Shown in pieces: positions 28,600 to 40,900 of a DNA stretch of 64,000 bases. The stretch comes from Tubiluchus corallicola (Eukaryota > Animalia > Priapulida): NCBI GenBank assembly GCA_030141605.1, contig JAQGDQ010000142.1:1-64000 (forward strand), written 5' to 3'. The notes beneath the pieces are model-generated. The model was not told the origin of the DNA. It saw nothing but the letters and a program-made list of their open reading frames with translations, and searched no databases. Made by a program: the position numbers and the translations under genes. The first letter of the stretch is position 1. Every line of letters starts with the position of its first letter.

Positions 28600-30568
28600 T
28601 TAAACACCTGAGGTGTTGAGATTGCAAGAAGCAGACATTGATGATCCTTCTGTTAAGTTGTTTGGCCATACTGCACCTTGAGATACAAAGTTATCTTCTT
28701 TTACGTTCAGTAGGTAAGAAATATCCGGTGCTACCATATTGGAGTAACTTTTGGAAGCTAGTGTTACAGATGATGCATTTTGCAATTCTTGAAGGTTTCT
28801 CGCACGAACAGCTTCCATCATTTTGTGGCATTGGGCTCGGCTTGAGCATTGGAAGCTCATGCGTAGCATATCTGAATTAGTTTTAACTAGATAGTCGATG
28901 TAGTCTGGGAGGGTAGTAACAAGGGTATTGTATTTGCTACTGTGTATGGTAAGGTAGCCTAATTGTGCAGAGTATTGCTTTACTTCTGGAATATCAGAGT
29001 TGAGGCAAATTTGCGGGGTGCGATTCGATGTCTTGACCTTGGCTTTATTTGCTTGAACAACAGGCACTGGTAACCAATTTTGCATGTAATGCTGGTCACT
29101 CACTGTATCACTAAACATTCCAGGATAGTTTTCACACTTTGTTGGTGCATAATAAATACTGGGTCGCTGTGCATGTGTCTGGGTACTTGTTATTCCATCA
29201 TCAACTGGACTAATGGATCTCATTGGAATGTTAAGCATATCATTTACTGTAGATTTTCCATTTTCAGGCAAACTACCTGTAGAATCTGAAGCTGACGCTG
29301 ATGTTTCCATATTTGTCTTCTTTTTTGATGCTCGCATTCTTTGCTTCTGCTCTGTGCATGCTTCGTCGAAATTGCCATCGATGTGCGTTTGCATCCTTTT
29401 CAGTTTCGTTGGTTCACTGTGATGATACTGATTTTGTGATTTTCCTTTTCCTGCAGTTGATAGAGGAATCATTCGTTGCTTCTTGGAATACTTTGTTGAA
29501 TCCGCGGTTAGCGGCATCGTACCTGGAAGAACGTTTGTTCTTTTTCTAGTAGATCGTCTCATTGGGATAACAGAATCACTGCCAGTCGTATAGTGAACAT
29601 TGTATTTTATGTCTGGCGCATTAGGCCTACTGCAGCAGTATCCTTGGCACATATCCATTACAATGTAAGAAAATAGCCTTACAAATTACGAAGTTTATAA
29701 ATCAGTCTTATTCTAGATAGTATTGTCACTCGATGAACTCACTGTATCAGCGCGAAGTCTGTAATAAGAAATCGTTATAATTAAAAACATTTTGTTATTG
29801 TTGTTATTATTATTTTAATTATTTTATTAGTATTATTATTAGCATCATTACCATTATTATTATTATAATAATTATCGTCATCATCATTATTATTTAAATA
29901 TTTATACTGGATAAACCTGACTGAACGGTGCTTGTTTATAACAGGGCTCTGTGTTGAAGAGACAGCGCATATTCAGGCAGGATAACACACTTGGTTTAAA
30001 ATTTTGAACTGAATCGTTATCTAATATGTGTACTGTTCGGAGGGTGTTTTTAGCTTGATTTTTAAACGTTCTGAGATTTGCACAATTGCATACCACTGTT
30101 TAGTAATTAACCTAAGCTCAAGAATCATAGTTATAACCATTTTCATTTCTGCTGTGTTTTAAAATTTATTTATACCACTAAAATGATAGTTGTTGGCACT
30201 TTGATAAAAAATAAGAAATATCAAAATCGACAGTTCAGAGATGGGGTATTAGCACTTGTGCTATTTGCCCCTCTACTTTACTTAAAATAGCTGGTTAGAC
30301 TTAGTTCTTGAAGCCTTTGTGGATAAGTTAAGTTACTCGGCCCTCGAATCAACCTGTCATTCTTAATTGATTATTTCTACTGAGCGGATGGAATCCTGTA
30401 TCTTGATGTGTCTCATACCATATCTGCATAATCAAGAATATAATATATAATTTCAGAATCACTACAGTAAAATTACTTTAACGTTTACCTTTCTTCCTCT
30501 GCCACAGCCGTGCACCACTCTTGATAACAACTGTAACCCCGTCTACAGTACAACTGTTGTGTGCACAT
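28600..30568 (-). CDS. Uncharacterised 385-aa protein, two exons (30568-30489 + 29677-28600)
   Basis: A 1059-nt ORF in AT-rich DNA. An upstream 80-nt exon (AAAACA-ATG, MCTQQLYCRRGYSCYQEWCTAVAEEE) ends AAG|GTAAAC and joins in phase 2 to the acceptor TTTGTAAG|G, extending the ORF in frame (R-LFSYIV-MDMCQG...). Basic NLS-like clusters are present. No family recognised. Confidence 0.75.
29790..29895. repeat. Degenerate (ATT)n microsatellite in orphan-gene intron
   Basis: Directly visible. Confidence 0.8.
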
Positions 30569-30629
30569 TGTTTTACACGATTGTTTCTAAACAATGCGCA
30601 GAATGCTGTACTATGATGTTACAAAACCA

Positions 30630-30643
30630 CCGACAGATGGCGC
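30630..30643 (+). promoter_or_regulatory. CTCF-like motif
   Basis: CCGACAGATGGCGC resembles the CTCF core CCASYAGRKGGCRS. It lies about 60 nt upstream of the orphan ATG, in the divergent intergenic region. Confidence 0.5.
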
Positions 30644-31789
30644 TCCAACACAATTTCCGTTTCATTTACTTTCTTGCGAAGTCTAACCAATATAACACGG
30701 TTTTTACCGGTGTCGCCTTCTAGTCTCGCCTTCTAATTTCTAATGTTACCAAAGAAGTGAGGCAGCCTGGTTGGTCACCACTAAGCAGGAAGAATCCAGA
30801 ACCAAAAGAACCCATAACTATGATTTATAAAATATACTTATTTAGTATAATTAAGTTCAGTAATAAAAGTCATACATTAAGTGTATGCGACACTTCTTAG
30901 CAAAACAATAATAACTATCACACTACTAGTACTTTTGTGATACTAGCATTGTAGAAGTTTACAGTTGTTGCTTAGTATCAGTTGTAAATTCATAAAATGA
31001 TTCAAATAAAACGTTAAATTTATTAATACTGCGCTTAATCTCGAAACCAACGATTTTCGGTATCAACTCAAAATTGCTCGGTAAAAAACTAGCTCATTCA
31101 TTTAATTTCGTTATAAACAGTTTGTATTTTCATCAAGAAAAAACATAGCATTCACTTTTAATTACTAAGCATTTGTTAATTACTAAATTATAATAAAAAT
31201 ATAAACAAATTAAATGAAAAATTATCCACTTTGTGATTTTGTCCATCGAAATTTGCCGTACATCCGCCTTTACACGATGTCTTCTTTTCCACACGTGAAA
31301 GTTGTTACTGTATTTTTTAAGTTTTTGAGAAGATATCAACAGAATTGCTATTAAAGAATTACCTGTTACCAGTGCTGGTACAATGACAATTGCTAGAGAG
31401 AAATTTCCTCCTCTATTCGATCAAAAAATTACAATTGTAGACTCATGCCCAACATTTGTCTATCTATGTGATGCTAACCATTTCTGTATGTTCTGCATAA
31501 ATTTAGTGGCATTTTAATTGAATGAATTGAGTATCAAATAAAAAATAAAACCACTATGTTATTTTTATAATTTTTTATGGTAATTATAAATTATTTTTAG
31601 TCAAAATAAGAATAATAATTAATTCCAATGTAGTTTTTTTAATTAAAAAACGATTAGTAAGAATGCCAACAGTTTCTATATATCTTTATATCTATATACA
31701 TTTATTATTTTTATCACCTTCAGGTACAGATGCTGTGGGATTATAACAGGCTTACTGTAGAATAGGCATAATAGTGGGAGCTGCCTGAC

Positions 31790-31900
31790 TAGCAGCGTTA
31801 GCTGCTGTAACGTAGCGTGCCGTGACAGGTCACGTGACAGCAGCGTCAGTTGAGTTGGGCAGTTTGGGAGCAGCTCTAGCGCGGAGTTTGGAAGAACATA
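31790..31900 (+). promoter_or_regulatory. Candidate SPEN core promoter
   Basis: GC/CpG-rich patch with palindromic E-box GTCACGTGAC (31829-31838, USF/TFE-type) and Inr-like TCAGTT (31846-31851), 120 nt before the ATG. Confidence 0.55.
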
Positions 31901-31933
31901 TTTTGTGTGCGTTTGTGTTACGTGCTGAAAAGA

Positions 31934-31948
31934 ATGAATATCACTTGA
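31934..31948 (+). promoter_or_regulatory. Upstream ORF (MNIT*) in SPEN 5' leader
   Basis: ATG AAT ATC ACT TGA, ending 17 nt before the SPEN ATG. Confidence 0.5.
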
Positions 31949-31965
31949 GAGAGTTTTAGCAGAAG

Positions 31966-34900
31966 ATGGTACGAGAAACAAGACATTTATGGGTGGGAAA
32001 TTTGCCAGATAGCGTCACTGAAACTCGCATTCTGGAGCACTTTGAACGGTACGTGTGTTGATTACATTTTCTTTGATTCTGAAAGGCTTAAGAAAATGTG
32101 TGTGATGTTTCTTATTTCGTTGTTCTAGATCTAGAGTTTCGCATGGTTATTTTGGATAATACGTGTTATGTGCGTTGTGTAGTACGTATTTATAGTACGT
32201 ATGTGTGATGTACTTGCTTATGGATGAGCCTCGAGAGTCGCCGTTTAAAACGTGACAAAGATGAAGTGTTCTATTTGCAAAACATAATGTGTACAATAAC
32301 ATGTATTTGAGCTAACGATTTCATCGTACATCATGCATACCACCATTACATTGGTGCACTTGCAGGTACAGTTATTCTTGTGATTTGTTTTAAGTGTCCT
32401 GTGAACGAGTGTTATAGAACATACAGTATTCCGCTGCATTCGTTTGACTACATACCAAGGAGACTATAATAGTGGTTACACCATGTAATGGACGACTGTG
32501 TTTGGGATTTGTACAGCAGTGGAAGATCGCCACCTTTTCAACTATGACCAATAAAATTTGAATTCGCGTGCTAATTATCAATGAATTTTATATAAAAATT
32601 TTATTATGCATATGCATTAAATTAGTTTTATATAAAAAACGTTTTACCAGTAGTTTCTTTGTTGCCTAAAACTTTTACCCTGGATTATCCATTTGGTGCT
32701 TTATTTTGTGCCATACACATCAACAGGGTATACAAATCAACTCATCATTTTATACAAGTTTTTGCTGGGTTTTTGCTGTTCTGGCATTTTGGCATTTGAA
32801 AGGTTTTTGCTCTATTACAGTTCTTTAAGAATTAATAACTGTGGTATTGTTCAAAAGTTCTTTTGAAGTCAATAGTCTTCACAGAGACTATCCTGTGGAA
32901 GTTGGCCAATGTGCAGCTTTTTCTGTTTTGTCTGTTTCAATATCATTTGTAATGGTCTTAGTCGTAGCATTTTCTTGTTTTTTTTTAAAAAAGTGATGAC
33001 ACGGTATATAGCAAGCTATGACTTGAATGTGGAACTTGTTTTAAAATCTGTTTTATAGAGTTATATAAAGTGACGTTAAATTATGACTCCTGGACCTGGT
33101 GACCAGGTTGATATAAAATTGAAATATGATATGAAAATGATACTGTTATGAAATTATTCTTGCAAGCTGTAACTACCTTATATGGCATTTAAATGTGATT
33201 TGATCCTACAACACGTTTTTCAAAAGCAACACAGTTTTCTTGTAGACTGAACTGGAGTCTGTACCTTTGGTATATTTACTTGATGTTCTTCAGTATGCTA
33301 GCCATTGCATTCATTCAATGTTCATTTAAAGCTCCTTCTCACAGTATACATATGTACAGTGTTCTTGGTATTCTCCAAATTCATATTGTTAGAAACCTGT
33401 CTGGCCTGTCTATGGGGAAGTACAGTGGTTTTAATGACAAAGGCTATAGTCCTACACCTAGTTTTGTTTAATCTATATCCAGCAATCTTCTTCGTGTGTG
33501 CTCAATGATTATGTACAGTATGTATAGTAGTCAAACTAGTTTTGTGCTTTAGCTTCTGGCATAGTGAGCAGGGTCTATGACTGGGAGCATTGTTCACTTA
33601 TTCAGAGCCTGCATGACTAACATTTTATGAGAAACTGTTTGAGTTTAACAATAGAGTGGTTTACATAGTTTTAAGCAAACTGTCTTGAACAGCACTGGTT
33701 TTGTGTGGTGTTATTTTCATGCCACTCCCCTATGTACTGTACTGTTTTTTCACATCAATGAATGTAGTTTCTTTGTGGGGATCCTTGGCTTAATTCTACA
33801 ATTTACAAATCTGCCAAATTAAAATAATGAACACTGTTGGCATCTACACGTGGCAGAAATGTAGATAAGGTTAACTTTTTTTTCGATTATTGTTTGGCTA
33901 AAAATCATAATTTATTGTGCAACCTGTAAACTTTGCAGCTAAAAAGAAAACATGGTGCCATATAACACAACAGAACAGACAAACATATGAATATAAAGAT
34001 CTGTCTTTGCAGTTCTAAAGAATTTAGATGCATTTTGTCATTTTCTGTTTAGTAAAACTTATCAGCAAATGTTAGCAATGTTATTAAATTTATCCGGTAT
34101 CAAATGTATATTGAATTGATGTCTAACTAGCTCTAGAGGCATACGTGCAGGCAACAAGCAGGACGAAATATTTATTTGTTGTCAATTATTTTTCAAAACT
34201 GCCATGGCGTTCAATTTCTTTTGCACATGAAATCTGTATTATTTTCTTTGTCCATCTTGCTAATGTTAAACATTGCAGAACTAAGATTAGGAATTTTGTT
34301 TACGTTATTTTTACAGTTTGATATAATTACCATAGTCAGTTAAACTAAAAGATTTTCTGTACTTTCACGGTACGGTAACAGTGGTCCGTAGTTACATAAT
34401 ACAAATTACAATTTAAGGTATTGAAAAATTTGCTAAGTTGAAAGTAACTCAAAAGGCAAGTCTAATGATATCAAATGTGACCATTATGTTAGTAACGTGA
34501 TTCCACAATTAAAGTTGGGTTTGGTCACTTATTTATGCCTCTTTTGCCACAAAAATATTATTGTCGTTATTTGTAAAATGGGATTTCTCTAATATACACA
34601 TGTATATAATTTTATCACTCAAAGATTTACTAAAACAGTCATAGATTTACTAAATTTCAAGATAACACGTTAAGTGAAAATTATTGAGATCTGCAGAATT
34701 GAAATTATCGTGGCTAAAGTTTAATTTACGAAGTTGCTATTTTAAGTGTTTGTAAGTTGCAACGTATGTCTGTTGATTACATGCGCTGGGGGAAGTGGTA
34801 CGAGGACAAATGAAATATTTTCGTCGATGGATCCATAAATATTGATGGTAATGATTAAGCCCCTATTTGGCTTTTTGTAAATGCATAATTAGGTCATAAT

Positions 34901-37900
34901 TTACTGTATTTTTTTTCTTTTCTACTGGTCTGCTTATTCATTACATATTTGGCTTCTGGTAAATATATAATTAGTGCATTATGTTCTATATTGTAGGCTC
35001 TGCCTATATAAACTGGTTGTATGTTTGTAAAAACTTACCACTGAATGATGACAGTAGTAGTTCTTTCAAAACGTGTGACATGATTTTTTAGCTATGTAAA
35101 TTAAAAGTTTTAATAAAGTTGTGGTGTTTTAACTATAAATATGTAAGTTCTTTCGTAAAAGTCATTTCTACAATCAGTAGACATGCACTAGAGTGACTAG
35201 ACAATATAATTAAATAATAATGATTTTAATTAGATATTCTAAATCTAGCAAAATTCAGTCTTTTAAGTTTGTTGAATCGGTTAGGCCTGTTGGTCGGTTT
35301 GGTTGGCTGTTGTGTCGGATTTTATAAAAATGACCTATTTATAAATTTTCTCTGGTGTGTGCACATGTTTTAAGTCTAACTTATACGGTGTGTGCTCATG
35401 TTTTAGGTCTAACTTATACAACTAAGTTCAAGATTATGAATGTCGTCTGCTGAGAATTTCTTCTATGAATTCATGCAAATGCAACTTGACATTTTCTTTC
35501 TGTTTTGTGATACTGGTTGTTGAATTTATGCTTTCATAAATATGATTGTGGTTTTCAAAGTGTGCATTTTTCTTTTATAGTGTGCTACCCATATGATTGA
35601 AAAGCTTTCGCGGCTTACCTTGAACACGCGTCTATACGTAAAAGTTTACAGTTTCAATATTAAGGCATAATAACTTGGTATAAGACTATAAGTAAACTGT
35701 ATTATTATGTGAATCGGCCTACTTACATTGTGTACTCAGTACTCGCTGTTCTACAGTGTGATATTTATTAGATGTTGTGAAGTATTCTTTATGAGCTTGT
35801 TTTAACCGGAGCTCGGGTACAATGTTTGATAACGTAGCCTGACTGTTCAAAGTCCATTCATTGGTAGGCGTAAACTTTGCGTTGTGTACTGTATCTATCA
35901 CTCACACATGTAGTCTGTTTGCAATGAATGATAAAATTGATTGAGCTGAACGCATTTTACTGCCGCATTTGGAAATTTTACATGTTAATTCTTTAAACTA
36001 AACCTTAATAAATGCCATGAAAATGTTAATATGTGAGATTAAAATTTACGTAAAAATCGCACGTTTCGGCCACTGAACACGAGTGTGGGAATATGTAGTT
36101 ACCGAAAGTTAAACTGCAGACCGTTGAATTTATCCCGCTAATATATTAATTGCTGCGTAAGTCCTTTTGTGCATTAGTTTGTGTGGCACTTTGAGATAAG
36201 TATGCAAGTTTTAATCATAAACAAGTTTACATGAATTAAAAGCGTTGTGATCACTTGTTTTGCAATAAATTGCAGTTTTTATTTTTAAGGTTTAGTCCCC
36301 CCGAACTTAATTTACTGTACTGGTCAATTAATCATCAGAATCGGAAAAACGTTTAAAACTTGCATCACATCTTTCCCCTGAGTAAAGACATCAGGAGCCT
36401 CATGGCTTCATGTCTGCTGTTGCTCACCAAATCGCTGTGGTTTCAGTCCCGCTAATTCTTGCTCTCACTTCAGCAACTCGACATCCGTTGCTTAGCAACT
36501 GATGCACGATTGACGTCACGAGTCTAATTGAAGTATATCATTGAAAAGACGAGAAACTGTAGTGTAGACTTTGACTGTATGAAAGCAAGCATGCACGCAG
36601 CAGAAAATGTACTAGCGCTGCGCGTCGTACTTTCTGAATCCTGAGGTCCAACTGTCGATAACGTGACACCATTAGAAGAAAAATTGCTTTGTGCGGCATG
36701 TTTTTCGCCAGTCATACGCCTGCTGTAAGTTCACATATGTTGTGTAAAACCCTTGGTTGTTTAAAGTTTTAGGGTTCGCCCTCGGCATACCAAGCATACC
36801 TGCAACATTTGGCTTCGTTTAGGCGTATTTTAGATTTGAAATTTTCTAAAATGAGAGTCGAGAGAAGCCAAACGCAAGGACGCTGAGGTCAAAAGCTCAC
36901 TTGGCTGTCCATAGCATATACACGCGGTGTAATGGATGTCGCATCATGCTGACAGCCCCAAAAAGTTGATTTCGTGATGCGAATAAACTTTTTCAGCAGT
37001 ATTATCTCTGCAGGCAAGTAATGGCGTGCGCCATGTAAACTGAAAAAAATATTTATTTTGATTGATCATCTTTTCTATTTATATACATACTGCAGCTTAT
37101 TGCATAGGCAGCAGTATTATTGTTACTTGCTCATAGCAACAAACGTGCCACGTTTCCCTGACCAGTAGCTATGCTAAACCTGCTAATGCACCTTGTGACT
37201 TTCATGCATTAATGCAACGTTTGTTCCTGGTTGCCAAGGCAACAGGTTGCTTATTGTATGGCTTCCTATTGTTCCATCTAATTATTGTGCAGCCTGGCAA
37301 AAGAAGAAATAGGAGTTCCTGAAATTGTCCTTTCTTATTAGTTTAGCCTTTCAGGTGCGCGTGAAAAATAATGAAAAATATAAGCTGCAATAGAGGCAGC
37401 AGGTTGTTTAGAAGTAGCATTTATCAAGATGATGTGCCACTTTCACTGATTTTTTTCTCCACAATTGAAAGGCACATTGAGAAACCAGAGATGGCATAGT
37501 TTTGTTTGCAATTTTAAATTATTAATGTAAATTGTTTGTGTGTTAAAAGAAAAATAAGTGCTTTGATGTTTACCAAAATACATTCCCATAAAGTTGAAAA
37601 ACGTAATTTTGATATTTTAAAAATGCATTTTTGTTGCGTTGTGTAGTATTTATTTTCAACTCTGACTAGAATAAACTAAATAAACTATCACAGGATGTGA
37701 TAGTTAAAGGCAGCACTAGTCGTATTGTAAAGTGTGAGTATTTATCTGCGTAGGTATAGTTGCTAAATTTATTTAAATCTGATAAATTTATGAAAAAAAA
37801 CTGATCAGTTGCCACACGCTGTTGTGGTAAAAGTCTTCGAGAGCCTCACTACAGGATGCTGTAGCAGCATAGCTTGATGCTGCTGCATCTGTTACCCATG

Positions 37901-40900
37901 CTGTTTTCCACAGCTGTTGTTAGTAACTGCTTGCATGATGAATATAACACATGGTACGTTGCACCCCTCAGCAAGAAGCCTGAAGACATAAACATAACCG
38001 TCTGTATGTATGCCTCCTCTGAGCTTGGTGATTCATACTCGCCTGATTTATTTGCACTGGAAGCTGCAGAGTGGTCGTCATGGGATACATTATTGATTGG
38101 CTGCATCATTTCAACTGGTCCATCTCGGGAGTAATAAAATTGCACACGAGTTTGTCCCGCTGTCAAACTCGACGTGAAGATGTAGTTATGAATTCTGAAG
38201 CCTATTGAAACTGCCTGCTGTTCGCACTTTAGGCACCTAAGTGCTAGTTCCAGCTAATATTTAGATATGTATTTAGATAAAAAACTTAAATGTGTGATTT
38301 TATTTTCAGTTTAGATAAATCTTTAGACCAAATGAAATTGAATGAATACAGGTAATGGTTGTCCAAAATTTTTCATTAATAACTTCAGATTTTTGAAGAT
38401 ATGTGTTTCTATAAAAATGTGTTTTTTTCCAATGACATAATGTTGTATAAATAAGAGACCTGAAGATGGGCAAAGAAAACATTTTAGTAACCAAAGCTTG
38501 TTGCATTAAACAGCCAACAAATTTTTAAAAAATATATCACAACTAAACTAAATTAATAAGGCACTATGTTGCTAGAAATGGCCTGTCTTAGGATGCCCGC
38601 TAAATCTTTTGCATCCAAAGTTTATTCTGTTCGTATAGGTTGAATGTTTGATTGGCATTTGCTTAGTTTAACAAGTTATGGCACAATTTCACTTCAGTTT
38701 AAGCTGCGATTGTAAATGAAACAAATATGCCGCTTGAACTGAAGTACAATTGTGCATCTTCGGTAGTTTCAGTTTGGCTTACTTTCTGCCAGACTTGTAA
38801 TAATATTTTAATAATTTTATTGACGTCTTTTGTTAGTAATAATTTATTGTTTAAAAGAAACCACTAAGTGGTCAGTGCTAATTCACGAGTTTCATTTAAA
38901 TCCAGGAACTAAACACAATAAAACAACTTTGAATTGATAAGTGATTTAACAGCGTGCCCAAGAACTCTAAGTTGAGAGATAAAAAGTCAAAAGCCTGTTG
39001 TAATTAGTGCTGGTGGAAAAAACTTGCAAATTATCTGTGGTGCTCAGGTGCACAGTAATAGTATGCCACACATACAGTACAGTATATAGTTTGTTGTTCC
39101 ACCTCCTGACCCCAAATTACCACCTTTTGTTTACATGTCAGCTTGACCGATGATGCATTACAGCTTTGTATGAATGCGACCTGTTTTCGGGTTTGTGATT
39201 TTGCTTAGCTAGAAAACTGTAACCCAGCTGTCTGTTGTATTTAATTAGTCTTTAATATCATTAACGTTATGTTTCAAGCTTGTTATCTGGGAATAATGTC
39301 TTACTGTTGAGCAATAATGCACATGGGGAGCTCTAATTTTTCGCAGATTTGTTTTAGAAATTTGCCAGCTTTGCATGGCTGTCCATTCTGGCAACACGGT
39401 CCACTGTGATTTAATAACTTCCTCGAATATGCAGGATTGTATTTTCAGCAATTTTGGTGCCTGTGTTTGTTTCAAATTAGCTACGTACTATGTTTCACAG
39501 ACTCACAAATTTTATCCCGACAACTTGATAAATCACCTGTTCACTGATAATGTGACACTAGATGTTGTACTGTGCATGTAATTGAATGTGGAGCTGTGCG
39601 GTTTCTTTAATAGATGTTTGCTGAGTGTGTAAATATACAAATTTATACTACCGTGGGGTTAAGTTAAAGTTCACATAATTTTCATTTTCTGACACACACG
39701 TGCAAAAATACTATTGCACGTGTGTAAGGTTTCTAATCTAATGTACTGTGGCCAATTACAGAAGGTTTATGGGTATGTAAGTCATAAACAGAAAGCTCAC
39801 ATATGATATAGGTGATGTGAGGTACACCTGGAGAGTACCGGAAGACTAATCCATCTTGCTTGCTATATTTTTCAGGTATGGCCGTGTGCAAAGTGTCAAA
39901 TTGGTGCCAAAACGAGATGGTGAGGATACATCGGGTGCCTCTATAGCATTTATTGACATCAAATCTGCATCGAAAGCCCACAATTCGGAAAATAAAATTG
40001 ATAATTTTATTTTACGGACAGATTATAATGAACCTGGGAGTACCCCAAGTGTAGCATCTACTATACATATACATGAGAATGAGGACTCACTTAGGTCTAG
40101 TAGTCATTATCCAGCACGTCCACGTGGATACATACAGTCCAGTCGTAATGACAGGTAGGTTTCATCCAAAGGGCCCCAGTGAAACTGAATTTAAAAAAAA
40201 GAAATATATTACATATAAGACGAATAGTCGGAATTGGAGATGAAGTATGGTTAAATCTGATATTCAGTAATATTCGCATCGTTTTACGTAAGCCATCGTA
40301 ATATTGATATGGCCCTGGCCACGTATTATAAGTGTTCCAAGTCGGAGTCGTCGAATTTGGCAACTAAGCCTTGGTTGTTCATATGAGTATTACTTTTTAT
40401 TATTTAAGAGTTTGCTTCAGTAAGCGTTTAACTGTTAATTTGTTTTTGTTACTAGCCTGGTGCATTTGAATGCAGTGAGTCATATTCATATGTTTTGTAT
40501 TTGAATACCCAGAGTTTTATGCAAACATTTCTTTGGCATATTTAATTCCATGTACATGATCAGAGACTCAGTTCTGGTGTACTGAGTACTGACGAGCTTT
40601 TTATACAGTGAATATGACCAACTTAATGAATGGAAAAACTAGTTTAGTTAATGTTGCAAAGCGAAATTTTTCGTACTTTTTCTTGGAAAAAAATTGGACT
40701 GACCACACCTCCAAGGGTCTGCGGGAGGAATGTTTCTGTGGCGTGACCGTTGAACACGAACTGCAAATTTGTTTACTGGTCTGCGTATTTTTTCATTTAA
40801 ACAAAAATGCATATTTGATATGTCTGTCATGCTGTTATAGCGAATAATTAAAAACGAATATATTTTGATAAGTTTTTCAGCAAACTTAGAAGTTAGTGTA

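Noticed and set aside
37849-38166. Overlapping 86/105-aa ORFs and acceptor-like TTTTCCACAG in SPEN intron 1
   Set aside because: No recognisable motif or convincing matching donor. Cannot be supported as an exon or gene without RNA data.
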